Positions 26,541 to 40,413 of a stretch of DNA of 64,000 bases are shown here, piece after piece (positions within the stretch are counted from its first letter, which is position 1; the number at the start of each line of letters is the position of its first letter). The DNA is from Betaproteobacteria bacterium (GTDB lineage Bacteria > Pseudomonadota > Gammaproteobacteria > Burkholderiales > SG8-41). Location of the stretch: positions 4,351 to 68,350 of the forward strand of contig JBKDUF010000048.1 in NCBI GenBank assembly GCA_046339595.1. Reading direction: 5' to 3'. The notes under the pieces are model-generated. The model was not told where the DNA came from. It saw only the letters and a list, made by a program, of their open reading frames with translations, and ran no database searches. The position numbers and the translations under genes are program-made.

Positions 26541-27317
26541 TCAGGGCTTGGCGGCCGGCTTGGCTTCCGGCTTCGCTTCCGGCTTGGCTTCGGGTTTCGG
26601 AGCCGGCTTCGGAGTCGGATCGGCCTGGCCGACGATTTCAACCGTAACGCGGCGGTTCGGCGACAGGCACTCGATGAGTTGCTTGCGCTTCATCTTGTTG
26701 TCGCAGAACTTGGTCACGGGGATCGGCTGTTTCGGACCTTTGCCTTCCCAGAAGATCAGTTTCTGGTCGTAGCCCTTGGAGACGATGTAGTCCTTGACCG
26801 TGATCGCACGCTTCTCTGACAGCGCCATGTTGTGCTTCATGCTGCCGATGCGATCGGTGTGGCCGGTAACGATGATCGCGCCGAAGCGGACCGCGCTACG
26901 CTGCTTGTTGGCCTTGCTCAGGACGCCGAGGAAATCGTCAAGATCCTTCTTGTTGTCGGCAGTCATTTCAGCCTTGTTGAATTCCATGCCCTGGAGCTCA
27001 ATTTTCTCTTCGATATTCAGGGGCTGGGGTTTCTTGGGCTTGGCGGCCGGTTTGGCTTCCGGTTTGGCTTCCGGCTTGGCTTCCGGTTTGGCGGCGGGTT
27101 TGGCGGCGGGGGGGGCCGGCTTCTTGACCAGATCCGGATCGCACTCGGCGATCGCGAGAGCCGGGGTCCACTGGCTGGTGCGCACGCACACGCCGGCGCC
27201 AGGAGCGCGCACGACGCTGCCGTCCCCGGTCGTCAGGTAACCGTCTCTGGCCTGCGCGAACGCCAGGGCGGGTATGAACGCCGCAGCGACGACAGTGATG
27301 CTAAGAGCTGAACGCAT
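26541..27317 (-). CDS. OmpA-family (peptidoglycan-associated) protein with two (A/E)KP repeat tracts
   Basis: ATG 27317 follows an AGGAGG Shine-Dalgarno and gives a signal peptide (MRSALSITVVAAAFIPALAFAQ). The OmpA_C core is present (VTGHTDRIGSMKHNMALSEKRA, NRRVTVEI). AKPEAKPEAKP tracts occur both before the OmpA domain and at the extreme C-terminus. Confidence 0.85.
   Translation of the reverse strand: MRSALSITVVAAAFIPALAFAQARDGYLTTGDGSVVRAPGAGVCVRTSQWTPALAIAECDPDLVKKPAPPAAKPAAKPEAKPEAKPEAKPAAKPKKPQPLNIEEKIELQGMEFNKAEMTADNKKDLDDFLGVLSKANKQRSAVRFGAIIVTGHTDRIGSMKHNMALSEKRAITVKDYIVSKGYDQKLIFWEGKGPKQPIPVTKFCDNKMKRKQLIECLSPNRRVTVEIVGQADPTPKPAPKPEAKPEAKPEAKPAAKP
26544..26618 (-). repeat. coding 12-nt periodic repeat (PKPEAKPEAKPEAKPAAKP), C-terminal tract
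   Basis: Visible tandem GGCTTGGCTTCC-type units. It is near-identical to the tract at 27033..27125. Confidence 0.8.
27033..27125 (-). repeat. coding 12-nt periodic repeat (AAKPAAKPEAKPEAKPEAKPAAKPKKP), linker tract
   Basis: Same repeat unit as 26544..26618, in direct orientation about 0.45 kb away. Confidence 0.8.
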
Positions 27318-27810
27318 GTTTTTAATCCTCCTGTTTTGCGAAAAAGTAGGGATGTGTGCCGGACAGCCCGGTAAACCTGAAATCTCCCCGAAGGCCACTA
27401 GATACCACATCCCTGATATCCGAGTAAACCTTACACGGCATAGTAACATGATTTCTCAAAAAAAAGCACGCTTCTGTTGCTCAAAAGCATCACCCTCGAC
27501 CGCCCGATTTCATCTTGTGGAACAACGCTTTTCTGTACTGTCCTGCGCAAGATTCCGGAACTGGGGGCAACGTCTCGCGCAGGCCGAAATACAAGCGATA
27601 TTCGGTGCGGGTCCCACAGCCATGAGGACTGACATTCAGGGCGTCAAGCCGGGGTTTCAGGTGCACTGCATGGCCTCTGCTTGACGGCAGTAGTGAGCGT
27701 CGGGTTGGGCGTGGGCGCAACAATGCCACATGCTAAAATTCCACGCTTTGCAATCATCCCGAGCGGGATTCCGCGCGTGACCCGCGGTCAACCGTTCCAT
27801 AGTGACCTCC

Positions 27811-30357
<2,547 letters not shown>

Positions 30358-30461
30358 GCGCGCTGGATCGCGGACTGCGGAAGGGGATCGAGAGCTTCCC
30401 ATTTGACGCAGCCCTACCAGCCCGCCCCTCAAACCCGATCACTTAATCCTCAATCCTGAAA

Positions 30462-31544
30462 ATGGCCAGAGTATTCAATTTCAGCGCCGGTCCGGCGGTT
30501 TTGCCGGAGCCGGTATTGCAGCAGGCCGCCGCGGAAATGCTCGACTGGCATGGCAGCGGAATGTCGGTGATGGAGATGAGCCACCGCGGCAAGGAATTCA
30601 TCGACATCCACGCCAGGGCGGAAGCCGACCTGCGCGAGCTGATGGCGATCCCGAGGAACTACAAGGTGCTGTTTCTCCAGGGCGGTGCCTCCGCGCAGTT
30701 CGCGCTGATTCCGATGAACCTGCTGCGCGGCAAATCCGGCGCTGATTACGTCAACACCGGGCAGTGGTCGAAAAAAGCCATTGCCGACGCGAAGAAATAC
30801 TGCAAGGTCAACGTCGCGGCGACTTCGGAGCCCGACAGCTACACCCGGGTGCCGAAGCAGTCGGAATGGAGGCTGGATCCGGATGCCGCTTACGTGCATG
30901 TCACCACCAATGAGACCATCGGCGGCGTTGAATTCCACTGGGTGCCGGACACCGGCGCCGTGCCGCTGGTGGCCGACATGTCTTCGCACATCCTGTCGCG
31001 GCCGATGGATGTCTCCCGCTACGGCCTGATCTATGCCGGCGCGCAGAAAAACATCGGCCCCGCAGGGCTGACCATCGTCATCGTGCGTGATGACCTGATC
31101 GGCCAGGCCATGCCGCAGACACCGACCGTGTTCGACTACAAGGTGCAGGCCGACAACGATTCGATGTCGAACACGCCGTCAACCTACGCCATCTACATCG
31201 CCGGACTGGTGTTCGAGTGGCTGATAAAGCAGGGTGGCGTTGCGGCGATGGAGAGGGTCAACCGCGCCAAGGCGGCTCTGCTCTACGATCACCTCGACCG
31301 CACCGAGTTCTACCACTCGCCGGTGGCGCGCGACGACCGTTCCCTGATGAACATCGCGTTCACGCTGCGCAACGAAGCGCTCGACAAGGCCTTCATCCAG
31401 GAGTCGGAGGCCGCCGGGCTGTTCCAGCTCAAAGGGCACCGCTCGGTCGGCGGCATGCGTGCCTCGATCTACAACGCCATGCCGGTCGAGGGCGTGAAGG
31501 CCCTCGTGGGTTTCATGCAGGAATTCGAGCGCAAGCATGGCTGA
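30462..31544 (+). CDS. serC: 3-phosphoserine/phosphohydroxythreonine aminotransferase
   Basis: [23 protein letters not shown]...SHRGKEF, 360 aa. Confidence 0.95.
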   Translation: MARVFNFSAGPAVLPEPVLQQAAAEMLDWHGSGMSVMEMSHRGKEFIDIHARAEADLRELMAIPRNYKVLFLQGGASAQFALIPMNLLRGKSGADYVNTGQWSKKAIADAKKYCKVNVAATSEPDSYTRVPKQSEWRLDPDAAYVHVTTNETIGGVEFHWVPDTGAVPLVADMSSHILSRPMDVSRYGLIYAGAQKNIGPAGLTIVIVRDDLIGQAMPQTPTVFDYKVQADNDSMSNTPSTYAIYIAGLVFEWLIKQGGVAAMERVNRAKAALLYDHLDRTEFYHSPVARDDRSLMNIAFTLRNEALDKAFIQESEAAGLFQLKGHRSVGGMRASIYNAMPVEGVKALVGFMQEFERKHG

Positions 31545-32724
31545 GCCTTTCCGCATCCTCACGCTGAACTCGATCGCCGCGGTCGGATTGCAGCGTTTTC
31601 CGAAAGACCGCTATGCCGTGGCGGGCGACACCGCCAACCCCGATGCCGTCGTGGTGCGATCCCACGACATGCACAAGATGGAAATACCGGCCAGCGTCAA
31701 GGCCATCGGCCGTGCCGGTGCCGGCACCAACAACATCCCGGTGGACCGGATGAGCCAGCGCGGCGCGCCGGTGTTCAACGCGCCCGGCGCCAATGCCAAT
31801 GCGGTGAAGGAACTGGTGATCGCGGCGCTGCTGATTGCGGCGCGCAACCTGGTGCCTGCAGTGCGCTTTGTCGACGGCCTCAAGGGTGATGACGAAACCC
31901 TGCACAAGCTGGTCGAGGACGGCAAAAAACACTTCGCCGGCGTCGAGTTGCCGGGACGCACGCTTGGGGTGATCGGGCTTGGCAAGATCGGCAGCCTGGT
32001 TGCGGATGCTGCGATCAAGCTCGGCATGGACGTGCTAGGCCATGACCCGGAAATCACCGTCGATGCCGCCTGGAGCCTGCCCTCCCAGGTGAGGAGGGCG
32101 CACTCCATTGAAGAGGTGATGAAGGCCGCGGATTTTGTGACCCTGCACGTGCCGCTGCTCAAGGCGACCCGCGGCCTGATCAACGCCCAGCGCCTGCAGT
32201 TGCTGCACAAGGGCGCCGTGCTGCTCAACTTCTCGCGTGACGGCATCGTGGATGACGACGCGGTGCTGGAGTCGCTGGCGGCGAAGAAGCTCAAGGCCTA
32301 CGTCTGCGACTTCCCGGCGCAGAAACTTTCCGGTCACCCGCAGGTGGTGGCCTTGCCCCATCTCGGCGCCTCGACGCGCGAAGCCGAGGACAATTGCGCG
32401 GTGATGGTGGTCGACCAGGTGCGCGATTTCCTCGAGCACGGCAACATCCGCAACGCGGTCAATTTTGCCGATGCGGTGATGCCGCGCGAGTCCGATTACC
32501 GCGTTGCCATCGCCAACGCCAACGTGCCCAACATGGTGGGCCAGATTTCGACGGCGATGGCGCGTGCGGGACTCAACATCCACAACATGCTCAACAAGTC
32601 GCGCGGCGACATGGCCTATACCCTGGTCGATGTCGACAGCGCGGTGCCTGATGCCCTGATCGCCGAACTGTCCGCCATCCAGGGCGTGCTCGCCGTAAGA
32701 TATCTTCCCGTCAACCGCCCCTGA
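31537..32724 (+). CDS. serA: D-3-phosphoglycerate dehydrogenase (with C-terminal ACT-like domain)
   Basis: Has the 2-hydroxyacid dehydrogenase NAD motif [13 protein letters not shown], the catalytic region HLGASTREA, and an ACT-like tail. It overlaps the serC stop. Confidence 0.8.
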   Translation: MAEPFRILTLNSIAAVGLQRFPKDRYAVAGDTANPDAVVVRSHDMHKMEIPASVKAIGRAGAGTNNIPVDRMSQRGAPVFNAPGANANAVKELVIAALLIAARNLVPAVRFVDGLKGDDETLHKLVEDGKKHFAGVELPGRTLGVIGLGKIGSLVADAAIKLGMDVLGHDPEITVDAAWSLPSQVRRAHSIEEVMKAADFVTLHVPLLKATRGLINAQRLQLLHKGAVLLNFSRDGIVDDDAVLESLAAKKLKAYVCDFPAQKLSGHPQVVALPHLGASTREAEDNCAVMVVDQVRDFLEHGNIRNAVNFADAVMPRESDYRVAIANANVPNMVGQISTAMARAGLNIHNMLNKSRGDMAYTLVDVDSAVPDALIAELSAIQGVLAVRYLPVNRP

Positions 32725-32738
32725 GCAGCCCTGCAACG

Positions 32739-33803
32739 ATGGCCGATACCCTCGCCAGCATCCGCAGCAAGATCGACGCGCTCGATGCGCGCCTGGTGAA
32801 GCTGCTGTCGGCACGGGCGAAGCTGGCCCAGCAGGCCTGGCATGCCAAGGGCAATGTCTCCGCCTACAAACCCGAGCGCGAGGCCCAGGTGCTGCGCCGG
32901 GTGCGCGAACTGAACGGGGGGCCGCTATCTGCCGAGGCGCTGACCCGGCTGTTCACCGAAATCATGTCGGCCTGTCGCGCGCTCGAGGAGCAGATGGCCG
33001 TGGCCTACCTCGGCCCCGAAGGCACCTTCAGCCAGGAGGCCGTGATCAAGCATTTCGGATCCGCCACCGGCGGCCTGCCGAAGGCCAGCATCGACGAGGT
33101 GTTCCGCGCGGTGGAGTCCGGTGAATCCGCCTACGGCGTGGTGCCGGTGGAAAATTCCACCGAGGGCGCCGTCGGCCGCACCCTCGACCTGCTGTTGAGC
33201 ACTTCCATGCGCATCTGCGGCGAAGTCAGCCTGCCGGTGCGGCAGAACCTGATGAGCAACGCGGCGGACCGCAAGGCCATCCGTACGGTGTATTCGCACA
33301 CCCAGAGCCTTGCCCAGTGCCAGGGCTGGCTGGCGCGGCAACTGCCCGATGCCGAGCGCGTGGCCGTGGTCAGCAACGCCGAGGCGGCTCGGCTGGCCGC
33401 GAAGGACAAACGTGCGGCAGCCATCGCCAGCCGCACCGCGGCCGGGCTCTACGGCCTCAAGCTGCTGGCGCGCAACATCGAGGACGATCCGAAGAACACC
33501 ACGCGTTTTGCGGTGATCGGCCGCGAGGATGCCGCACCCTCCGGCAACGACAAGACTTCCCTGATCCTGTCCACGCGCAACGTGCCCGGCGCCATCCACG
33601 ACCTGCTGACTCCGCTGGCGCAGCACGGCGTGAGCATGACCCGCCTGGAGTCGCGGCCGGCGCGCACCGGGCGCTGGGAATACGTGTTCTACATCGATAT
33701 CGAGGGCCATCGCACCGAGGCCCGGGTCGCGCAGGCGCTGGCCGCGCTGGAAGCCAGGGCGGCGATGCTCAAGCTGCTCGGTTCCTATCCTGTGGCACGC
33801 TGA
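32739..33803 (+). CDS. pheA: bifunctional chorismate mutase / prephenate dehydratase
   Basis: N-terminal CM domain (LASIRSKIDALDARLVKLLSARAKLA), a PDT domain (VAYLGPEGTFSQEA) and an ACT domain with ESRP. Confidence 0.95.
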   Translation: MADTLASIRSKIDALDARLVKLLSARAKLAQQAWHAKGNVSAYKPEREAQVLRRVRELNGGPLSAEALTRLFTEIMSACRALEEQMAVAYLGPEGTFSQEAVIKHFGSATGGLPKASIDEVFRAVESGESAYGVVPVENSTEGAVGRTLDLLLSTSMRICGEVSLPVRQNLMSNAADRKAIRTVYSHTQSLAQCQGWLARQLPDAERVAVVSNAEAARLAAKDKRAAAIASRTAAGLYGLKLLARNIEDDPKNTTRFAVIGREDAAPSGNDKTSLILSTRNVPGAIHDLLTPLAQHGVSMTRLESRPARTGRWEYVFYIDIEGHRTEARVAQALAALEARAAMLKLLGSYPVAR

Positions 33804-33823
33804 ACCCTGGCGCGCTGATTTTT

Positions 33824-33843
33824 TTAAGTATTTGTTTTTATTG
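33824..33843 (-). repeat. AT-rich intergenic motif, copy C (reverse orientation)
   Basis: The minus strand reads CAATAAAAACAAATACTTAA, 19/20 to copies A and D. It ends 11 nt before the hisC ATG. Confidence 0.75.
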
Positions 33844-33854
33844 AATAATAATTG

Positions 33855-34952
33855 ATGAGTGCCTGCGACCTCGCGCCCGGCTATATCCGTGCCATTGCGC
33901 CCTACCAGCCGGGCAAGCCGACCTCGGAACTGGCGCGTGAACTGGGCCTGGACGAAGCCTCGATCATCAAGCTCGCTTCCAACGAGAATCCGCTCGGTGT
34001 CAGCCCGAAGGCGCTCGCGGCGATGCGCGCGCTGCTCGACGGACTGGCGCGCTATCCCGACGGCAACGGATTCGAACTGAAGCAGGCGCTGTCGCAGCGC
34101 TTCGGTGTCGCGCTGGACCGGATCGTGCTCGGCAACGGTTCCAACGATGTGCTGGAACTCGTGGCGCGGGCCTTCCTCGCGCCGGGCCTGTCCGCGGTGT
34201 ATTCGCAGCATGCGTTTGCGGTCTATCCGCTGGCGGTGCAGGCCGTCGGCGCCAAAGGCATTGAAGTGCCCGCGAGGAATTTCGGTCATGACCTTGATGC
34301 GATGGCGGCGGCGCTGCGCCCCGACACGCGGATCGTGTTTCTCGCCAACCCCAACAATCCCACCGGCACCTTCATGGCGGGCGGGGACGTCGAAAAGTTC
34401 CTGGCGAAGCTGCCGGCTGAAGTGCTGGTGGTGCTGGATGAAGCCTATACCGAATATCTGCGCCCTGATTTCCGCTATGACAGCATCAGCTGGCTGAACA
34501 GCCATCCCAATCTGGTCATCACCCGCACCTTTTCCAAGGTGTATGGCCTCGCCGGACTGCGCGTCGGTTACGCGCTGGCGGCTCCCGCTGTCGCCGACCT
34601 GATGAATCGCGTGCGCCAGCCGTTCAACGTCAACAGCCTGTCGCTGGCCGCGGCGGCGGCGGCGCTGGGCGATGAGGCGTTCATCCGCGACAGTTACGAA
34701 CTTAATTGCCGCGGCATGGACCAGATCGTTGCCGGCCTGGGCAGGCTTGGTCTGCAGCACATACCTTCGTACGGCAATTTCGTGACCTTTGCCGTGCCGA
34801 AGGCGGCTGAAGTGTTCCAGAAACTGCTGCGCCTCGGCGTCATCGTGCGTCCGATCGCCGCGTACGGCATGCCGGGCCATCTGCGCGTGTCGATCGGGCT
34901 GGAAGCCGAGAATGCGCGCTTCCTTGACGCGCTGAAGCAGGCACTGGCCTGA
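33855..34952 (+). CDS. hisC: histidinol-phosphate aminotransferase
   Basis: Carries [21 protein letters not shown] and the PLP-Lys region [15 protein letters not shown]. The ATG at 33855 is preferred over the TTG at 33852. Confidence 0.9.
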   Translation: MSACDLAPGYIRAIAPYQPGKPTSELARELGLDEASIIKLASNENPLGVSPKALAAMRALLDGLARYPDGNGFELKQALSQRFGVALDRIVLGNGSNDVLELVARAFLAPGLSAVYSQHAFAVYPLAVQAVGAKGIEVPARNFGHDLDAMAAALRPDTRIVFLANPNNPTGTFMAGGDVEKFLAKLPAEVLVVLDEAYTEYLRPDFRYDSISWLNSHPNLVITRTFSKVYGLAGLRVGYALAAPAVADLMNRVRQPFNVNSLSLAAAAAALGDEAFIRDSYELNCRGMDQIVAGLGRLGLQHIPSYGNFVTFAVPKAAEVFQKLLRLGVIVRPIAAYGMPGHLRVSIGLEAENARFLDALKQALA

Positions 34953-34957
34953 CGGTC

Positions 34958-35857
34958 ATGACCGCGAAACCGCGCGTTGCCAAAATCAGGTTCAACAAGC
35001 TGGTGGTGATCGGCGTCGGGCTGATCGGCGGGTCCTTCGCGCTGGCGCTGAAAAAAGCAAAGCTGGTGAAGCAGGTGGTCGGCGTCGGCCGCAGCCGCGG
35101 CAACCTGAAGGATGCGCTGCGCCTGGGTGTCATCGATCAGGCCGAAACCGATGCAGCCAAGGCCGTGGCTGGCGCCGACCTGGTGCTGGTCGGCGCGCCG
35201 GTGGGGCAGATGCCGGGTATCTTTGCGCGCATCGCGCCGGCACTGTCGCCGCAAACGGTGGTCACCGATGCCGGCAGCACCAAGCAGGACGTGATTGCCG
35301 CGGCACGGCGCCACCTAGGCGCGCATTTTTCGATGTTCGTGCCCGCGCATCCGATCGCCGGCACCGAGCACAGCGGCGCTGCCGCCGCCTTTCCGGAACT
35401 GTTCCGCGGGCGCAACCTGATCCTGTTGCCGCAGCACGAAACCAGGGCTTCCGCCCTGCGCCTGGTGAAATCGGCCTGGCAGGCCTGCGGCGCGCGCATC
35501 GTATGGCTGGATGCCGCCGAACACGACGAGATATTCGGCGCCGTCAGCCATCTGCCGCATGTGATTGCCTTCGCGCTGATGAACCAGCTGGGCCGCCGTC
35601 GCGACGCGAAACGCCTGCTCGGTTTTTCCGGTGGCGGGCTGCGCGACACCGTGCGCATCGCCGGCAGTTCCCCGGAAATGTGGCGCGACATCTGTATTGC
35701 CAACCGGGAGGCGCTGCTGCCGCTGCTCGATGGCAGCATCGCAGAGCTTGAGGCCGCGCGCGACGCGCTGGCCAATGCCGACGGTGACGCGCTGGAGGCG
35801 ATGGTCCGCGGCGGCCGGGAAGCCCGCGCGCGGTGGCTGCTCAAGAACGCGAAATGA
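34958..35857 (+). CDS. tyrA: prephenate dehydrogenase
   Basis: Rossmann motif [16 protein letters not shown] and the [10 protein letters not shown] motif. Confidence 0.85.
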   Translation: MTAKPRVAKIRFNKLVVIGVGLIGGSFALALKKAKLVKQVVGVGRSRGNLKDALRLGVIDQAETDAAKAVAGADLVLVGAPVGQMPGIFARIAPALSPQTVVTDAGSTKQDVIAAARRHLGAHFSMFVPAHPIAGTEHSGAAAAFPELFRGRNLILLPQHETRASALRLVKSAWQACGARIVWLDAAEHDEIFGAVSHLPHVIAFALMNQLGRRRDAKRLLGFSGGGLRDTVRIAGSSPEMWRDICIANREALLPLLDGSIAELEAARDALANADGDALEAMVRGGREARARWLLKNAK

Positions 35858-37179
35858 GCGCGGCACGCCGCGAGTTCCTGGACCTCGGACCGCTGCACGA
35901 TGCGCGCGGCACGGTGCGCCTGCCCGGGTCGAAGAGCATTTCCAACCGTACGCTGCTGCTGGCAGCGCTGGCCGAAGGCACGACCGTGCTGCGCGAGGTG
36001 CTCGATTCCGACGACACCCGTCACATGCTGGCGGCCCTGCGCGCGCTGGGCGTGGCTTGCGAGGACGCGGGTCCGCGTGCGATCCGTGTGCACGGCGCTG
36101 GCGGCGCTTTTGCGGTGAAGCAGGCGGAACTGTTCCTTGGCAACGCCGGCACCGCGGTGCGCCCGCTGACCGCCGTGCTTGCACTGTGCGGGGGCGAATA
36201 CCGCATTGACGGCGTGGCGCGCATGCACGAGCGGCCCATCGGCGACCTGGTTGATGCGCTGCGCCAGCTGGGCGCTGCGATCGATTACATCGCAAATGCC
36301 GGCTTCCCGCCGCTGGCCATCCATGCCGGTGCGATCCGCGGGCGCGATGAGGTTTCAATCCGCGGCAATGTCTCCAGCCAGTATCTGACCGGCCTGCTGA
36401 TGGCCCTGCCGCTGCTGCGACGGCGCACGCGGGTGGTGATCGACGGCGAGCTGATTTCCAAGCCCTACGTCGAGATCACGCTCAACGCGATGCGGCAGTT
36501 CGGCGTCATCGTGGAACGCGAGGGCTGGGCCGCATTCACGGTGCCCGGTGACGCCCGCTATGCCAGCCCGGGCGAGCTCTACGTTGAAGGTGATGCCTCG
36601 TCGGCTTCGTATTTCCTGGCCGCGGGTGCGATTGCGGGCCTGCGCGGCGGCGGGCCCGTGCGCGTGGAAGGCGTGGGCCGCGACAGCGCGCAGGGCGACG
36701 TGCGCTTTGCCGATGCGCTGGCGCAGATGGGCGCCGCGGTGCGCATGGGGCCGTACGGGATCGAGGCCGGGGCGGATGCCGCTGCGCGCTCAGCGGGGCG
36801 TTTGCGCGCGATTGATCTTGATTGCAACCATATCCCGGACGCGGCCATGACCCTCGCGGTTGCCGGCCTGTTCGCCGACGGACCGAGCCGTCTGCGCAAC
36901 ATCGCCAGCTGGCGGGTCAAGGAAACCGACCGCATAGACGCCATGGCGAAGGAGCTCGCCAAACTGGGTGCGGAGGTGGAGGCGGGCAGCGATTACCTGG
37001 TGATCACGCCGCCCCGGCAGTGGCGCAGCGCGGCCATCGATACCTATGACGATCACCGCATGGCGATGTGCTTTGCGCTGGCGGCTTTCGGCGGCGTGGC
37101 CCTGCGCATCAATGATCCGGACTGCGTGGCCAAGACCTTCCCCGAGTTTTTCGGGGTGCTGGACGGGATTGCCTGCTGA
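35854..37179 (+). CDS. aroA: 3-phosphoshikimate 1-carboxyvinyltransferase (EPSP synthase)
   Basis: Carries [31 protein letters not shown] and DHRMAMCFA. Its ATG overlaps the tyrA stop (ATGA). Confidence 0.95.
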   Translation: MSAARREFLDLGPLHDARGTVRLPGSKSISNRTLLLAALAEGTTVLREVLDSDDTRHMLAALRALGVACEDAGPRAIRVHGAGGAFAVKQAELFLGNAGTAVRPLTAVLALCGGEYRIDGVARMHERPIGDLVDALRQLGAAIDYIANAGFPPLAIHAGAIRGRDEVSIRGNVSSQYLTGLLMALPLLRRRTRVVIDGELISKPYVEITLNAMRQFGVIVEREGWAAFTVPGDARYASPGELYVEGDASSASYFLAAGAIAGLRGGGPVRVEGVGRDSAQGDVRFADALAQMGAAVRMGPYGIEAGADAAARSAGRLRAIDLDCNHIPDAAMTLAVAGLFADGPSRLRNIASWRVKETDRIDAMAKELAKLGAEVEAGSDYLVITPPRQWRSAAIDTYDDHRMAMCFALAAFGGVALRINDPDCVAKTFPEFFGVLDGIAC

Positions 37180-37847
37180 TGGCCATGGCGGGCACCCAGG
37201 TCCCGGTCATCGCCATTGACGGCCCTTCGGCCTCGGGCAAGGGTACCGTGGCAGCGGCCGTGGCGCAGCACCTCGGCTGGCATTACCTCGACAGCGGCGC
37301 GCTGTACCGGATTGTCGGCCTGGCTGCCGGGGATCGCGGACTGGATCTCGACAATGATGCAGAAATATCCCGTATCACATTGAATCTAAACATAAAATTT
37401 GATGATGACCGGGTGCTGCTCGACGGTCTCGATGTCGGCCAGCGGATCCGGGGTGAGGCGGCCGGGGCCGCTGCCTCCCGGGTCGGCGCCTTGCCCGGCG
37501 TGCGCCACGCCTTGCTGGCGCTGCAACAGGGCTTCCGCCGGCCCCCGGGACTGGTCGCCGACGGGCGCGACATGGGGTCAGTGGTGTTCCCCGATGCGGT
37601 GCTCAAAATCTACCTCACCGCAAGCGCGGAAGAGCGGGCCGAGAGACGCTATAAGCAGTTGATCGCAAAGGGAACGGGTGCTAGTATGGCCGCCCTTTTG
37701 CGGGGTATCCGCGAGCGTGATTTTCGCGACATCCATCGCGCTGCGGCCCCTTTGCTGAAGTGTCCTGACGCCGTCGAAATCGATTCCACCGCCATGCCGG
37801 TGGAAGCGGTGGTGGCCCGGGTCCTGCAGTTGTTTCAAAGGCGTTAA
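37179..37847 (+). CDS. cmk: cytidylate kinase
   Basis: IAIDGPSASGKGTVA P-loop and DSGALYR motif. Confidence 0.9.
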   Translation: MAMAGTQVPVIAIDGPSASGKGTVAAAVAQHLGWHYLDSGALYRIVGLAAGDRGLDLDNDAEISRITLNLNIKFDDDRVLLDGLDVGQRIRGEAAGAAASRVGALPGVRHALLALQQGFRRPPGLVADGRDMGSVVFPDAVLKIYLTASAEERAERRYKQLIAKGTGASMAALLRGIRERDFRDIHRAAAPLLKCPDAVEIDSTAMPVEAVVARVLQLFQRR

Positions 37848-37949
37848 ACAGGCGTTGCCTGGCTTCACCGGTGCCGCGGAACACCAAATTCCGCGGTTTG
37901 TTCAACCCACTCCCGTTTCTGCAACGGGTGTGATAACCTGCTGATTCCA

Positions 37950-39674
37950 ATGATGAAAACCTCCCCCCAGGCCGCCCCGGCGGTTGCCACTGAAAGCTTT
38001 GCCGCGCTCTTCGAAGAGAGCCTGTCGCGCAAGGAAATGCGCATCGGCGAAGTGATTACCGCCGAAGTGATCCGCGTCGATGACAATTTCGTCGTCGTCA
38101 ACGCCGGCCTGAAGTCGGAAAGCTATGTCCCGGCTGAAGAATTCCGCAACGACCGCGGTGAAATCGAAGTCAAGTCCGGCGACTTTGTCAGTGTCGCCAT
38201 CGAATCCCTCGAAGACGGCTACGGCGAGACCCGCCTGTCGCGTGACAAGGCCAAGCGTCTTGCCGCCTGGATGGCGCTGGAAGATGCGCTGGAGAAGGGC
38301 AACATCGTCGAAGGCGTCATCACCGGCAAGGTGAAGGGCGGCCTCACCGTGATGATCAACGGCATCCGTGCCTTCCTTCCGGGTTCGCTGGTCGATACCC
38401 GTCCGGTCAAGGACACCACACCGTACGAAAACAAGCAGATGGAGTTCAAGGTCATCAAGCTCGACCGCAAGCGCAATAACGTCGTCGTGTCGCGTCGTGC
38501 CGTGCTTGAAGCCAGCCAGGGTGAAGAGCGCGCCAAGCTGCTCGAGACGCTGCGCGAAGGACTCACCGTCAAGGGCATCGTCAAGAACATCACCGACTAC
38601 GGCGCGTTCGTGGACCTCGGCGGCATTGACGGCCTGCTGCACATCACCGATCTGGCCTGGCGCCGGGTCAAGCATCCGTCCGAGATGCTCAGCGTCGGCG
38701 ACGAGGTCACCGCCAAGGTGCTCAAGTTCGACCAGGAAAAGAACCGCGTCTCGCTGGGCATGAAACAGCTGGGTGAGGATCCCTGGGTCGGCCTGTCGCG
38801 CCGCTATCCGCCCAAGACCCGCCTGTTCGGCAAGGTGTCGAACCTCACCGACTACGGCGCGTTCGTCGAGATCGAGCCGGGCATCGAAGGCCTGGTGCAT
38901 GTCTCGGAGATGGACTGGACCAACAAGAACGTGCATCCCTCCAAGGTCGTTCAGCTGGGCGACGAAGTCGAGGTCATGGTGCTCGAGATCGACGAGGACC
39001 GCCGGCGCATTTCGCTGGGCATGAAGCAGTGCATGGCGAATCCCTGGGAAGAGTTCTCGATGAACTTCAAGAAGGGCGACAAGGTGAAGGGGCAGATCAA
39101 GTCGATCACCGACTTCGGCATCTTCATCGGCCTGGCCGGCGGCATCGACGGCCTGGTGCACCTGTCCGACCTGTCCTGGAACGCGCCCGGCGAGGAGGCC
39201 GTGCGCAACTACAAGAAGGGCGAGGAATTGGAAGCCCAGGTCCTGTCCATCGATGTCGAGCGCGAGCGCATCTCGCTCGGCGTCAAGCAGCTCGAGGGTG
39301 ATCCCTTCTCGAGCTATGTCGGCGGCCACGAGAAAAATACCGTGGTGACCGGCACCGTCAAGGCGATCGATGCCAAGGGCGCCGTGATCGCGCTCGATGG
39401 CGACATGGAAGGCTACCTGCGTGCATCGGAAGTTTCGCGTGACCGCGTGGAAGACATCCGCACCAAGCTGAAAGAGGGTGACTCGGTCACGGCGATGATC
39501 ATCAACATCGACCGCAAGAACCGCACGATCAACCTGTCGATCAAGGCCAAAGACCTCGCGGAGGACACCGAAGCCATGCAGAAACTGGCTTCGGACAAGC
39601 AGGCGAGCACGGGAACGACCAATCTGGGCGCCCTGCTCAAGGCCAAGCTCGACACTGCCAATACTCAACAATAA
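37950..39674 (+). CDS. rpsA: 30S ribosomal protein S1
   Basis: 574 aa with six S1 repeats ([11 protein letters not shown]..., [24 protein letters not shown]...). Confidence 0.95.
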   Translation: MMKTSPQAAPAVATESFAALFEESLSRKEMRIGEVITAEVIRVDDNFVVVNAGLKSESYVPAEEFRNDRGEIEVKSGDFVSVAIESLEDGYGETRLSRDKAKRLAAWMALEDALEKGNIVEGVITGKVKGGLTVMINGIRAFLPGSLVDTRPVKDTTPYENKQMEFKVIKLDRKRNNVVVSRRAVLEASQGEERAKLLETLREGLTVKGIVKNITDYGAFVDLGGIDGLLHITDLAWRRVKHPSEMLSVGDEVTAKVLKFDQEKNRVSLGMKQLGEDPWVGLSRRYPPKTRLFGKVSNLTDYGAFVEIEPGIEGLVHVSEMDWTNKNVHPSKVVQLGDEVEVMVLEIDEDRRRISLGMKQCMANPWEEFSMNFKKGDKVKGQIKSITDFGIFIGLAGGIDGLVHLSDLSWNAPGEEAVRNYKKGEELEAQVLSIDVERERISLGVKQLEGDPFSSYVGGHEKNTVVTGTVKAIDAKGAVIALDGDMEGYLRASEVSRDRVEDIRTKLKEGDSVTAMIINIDRKNRTINLSIKAKDLAEDTEAMQKLASDKQASTGTTNLGALLKAKLDTANTQQ

Positions 39675-39692
39675 GCACCATAAGGGAGCATC

Positions 39693-39977
39693 ATGACCAA
39701 GTCGGAGTTGATCGCGAAACTGGCCGCGCGCTATCCGCAGCTCGTGGCCAAGGACGCCGAACTGGCAGTGAAGATGATTCTGGACGCGATGGGCAAAAGC
39801 CTGTCGCAGGGCCAGCGCATCGAAATCCGCGGCTTTGGCAGTTTCGGACTCAACTACCGACCGCCCCGCACCGGGCGCAACCCGAAGTCGGGTGAACGCG
39901 TGCAGGTGCCGGCAAAGCATGTTCCGCATTTCAAGGCCGGCAAGGAACTGCGCGAGCGCGTCGACATCAAGAAATAA
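39693..39977 (+). CDS. ihfB: integration host factor subunit beta
   Basis: [17 protein letters not shown]...[26 protein letters not shown]. Confidence 0.95.
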   Translation: MTKSELIAKLAARYPQLVAKDAELAVKMILDAMGKSLSQGQRIEIRGFGSFGLNYRPPRTGRNPKSGERVQVPAKHVPHFKAGKELRERVDIKK

Positions 39978-40000
39978 CGGACGAGGCATCGTTCCCTGGG

Positions 40001-40033
40001 GCGGCATGGCCTATCGGCCATGCCGCTTTTTTG
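40001..40033 (+). terminator. rho-independent terminator after ihfB
   Basis: GCGGCATGGCC-TATC-GGCCATGCCGC stem followed by TTTTTTG. Confidence 0.8.
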
Positions 40034-40112
40034 TGTGCCGTATTTGTGTGCCGTATCCGTCTGCTGCTGTCGACCCGGGCATGGGGCGGCGACATGATAT
40101 TCTCGCCCTGTC

Positions 40113-40400
40113 ATGCGTTACCTGAGCTGGGCCGTCAAAGGCGCGCTGTTCCTGCTGATCCTGTCCTTTGCCGTGGTCAATACCGACCCGGTAACGGTGC
40201 GCTACTACCTCGGCCATCAGTGGCAGGCACCGCTGGTGCTGGTGCTGCTGTTGGCCCTGTGCCTTGGCGCCGCCCTGGGCCTCCTGGTGGGGCTGGTGCA
40301 GACGCTGAGGCTGCGCCGGCGCATCGCCGCGCTGGAGCGCGAACTGCAGGCGCTGCGTCAGCCGCCGTCGCCGCCGCTGCCTCCCTCGGATCTTCTGTGA
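40113..40400 (+). CDS. lapA: lipopolysaccharide assembly protein A (LapA/YciS family)
   Basis: 95 aa with two TM segments, directly upstream of lapB. Confidence 0.7.
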   Translation: MRYLSWAVKGALFLLILSFAVVNTDPVTVRYYLGHQWQAPLVLVLLLALCLGAALGLLVGLVQTLRLRRRIAALERELQALRQPPSPPLPPSDLL

Positions 40401-40413
40401 GCGTGTAGAAGGC

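Noticed and set aside
26544-27125. Short tandem repeats considered as a possible CRISPR-like or non-coding repeat array.
   Set aside because: They have 12-nt periodicity, are in frame, and lie inside the ompA-family CDS, where they encode (E/A)KP repeats. There are no spacers, and no cas genes anywhere in the window.
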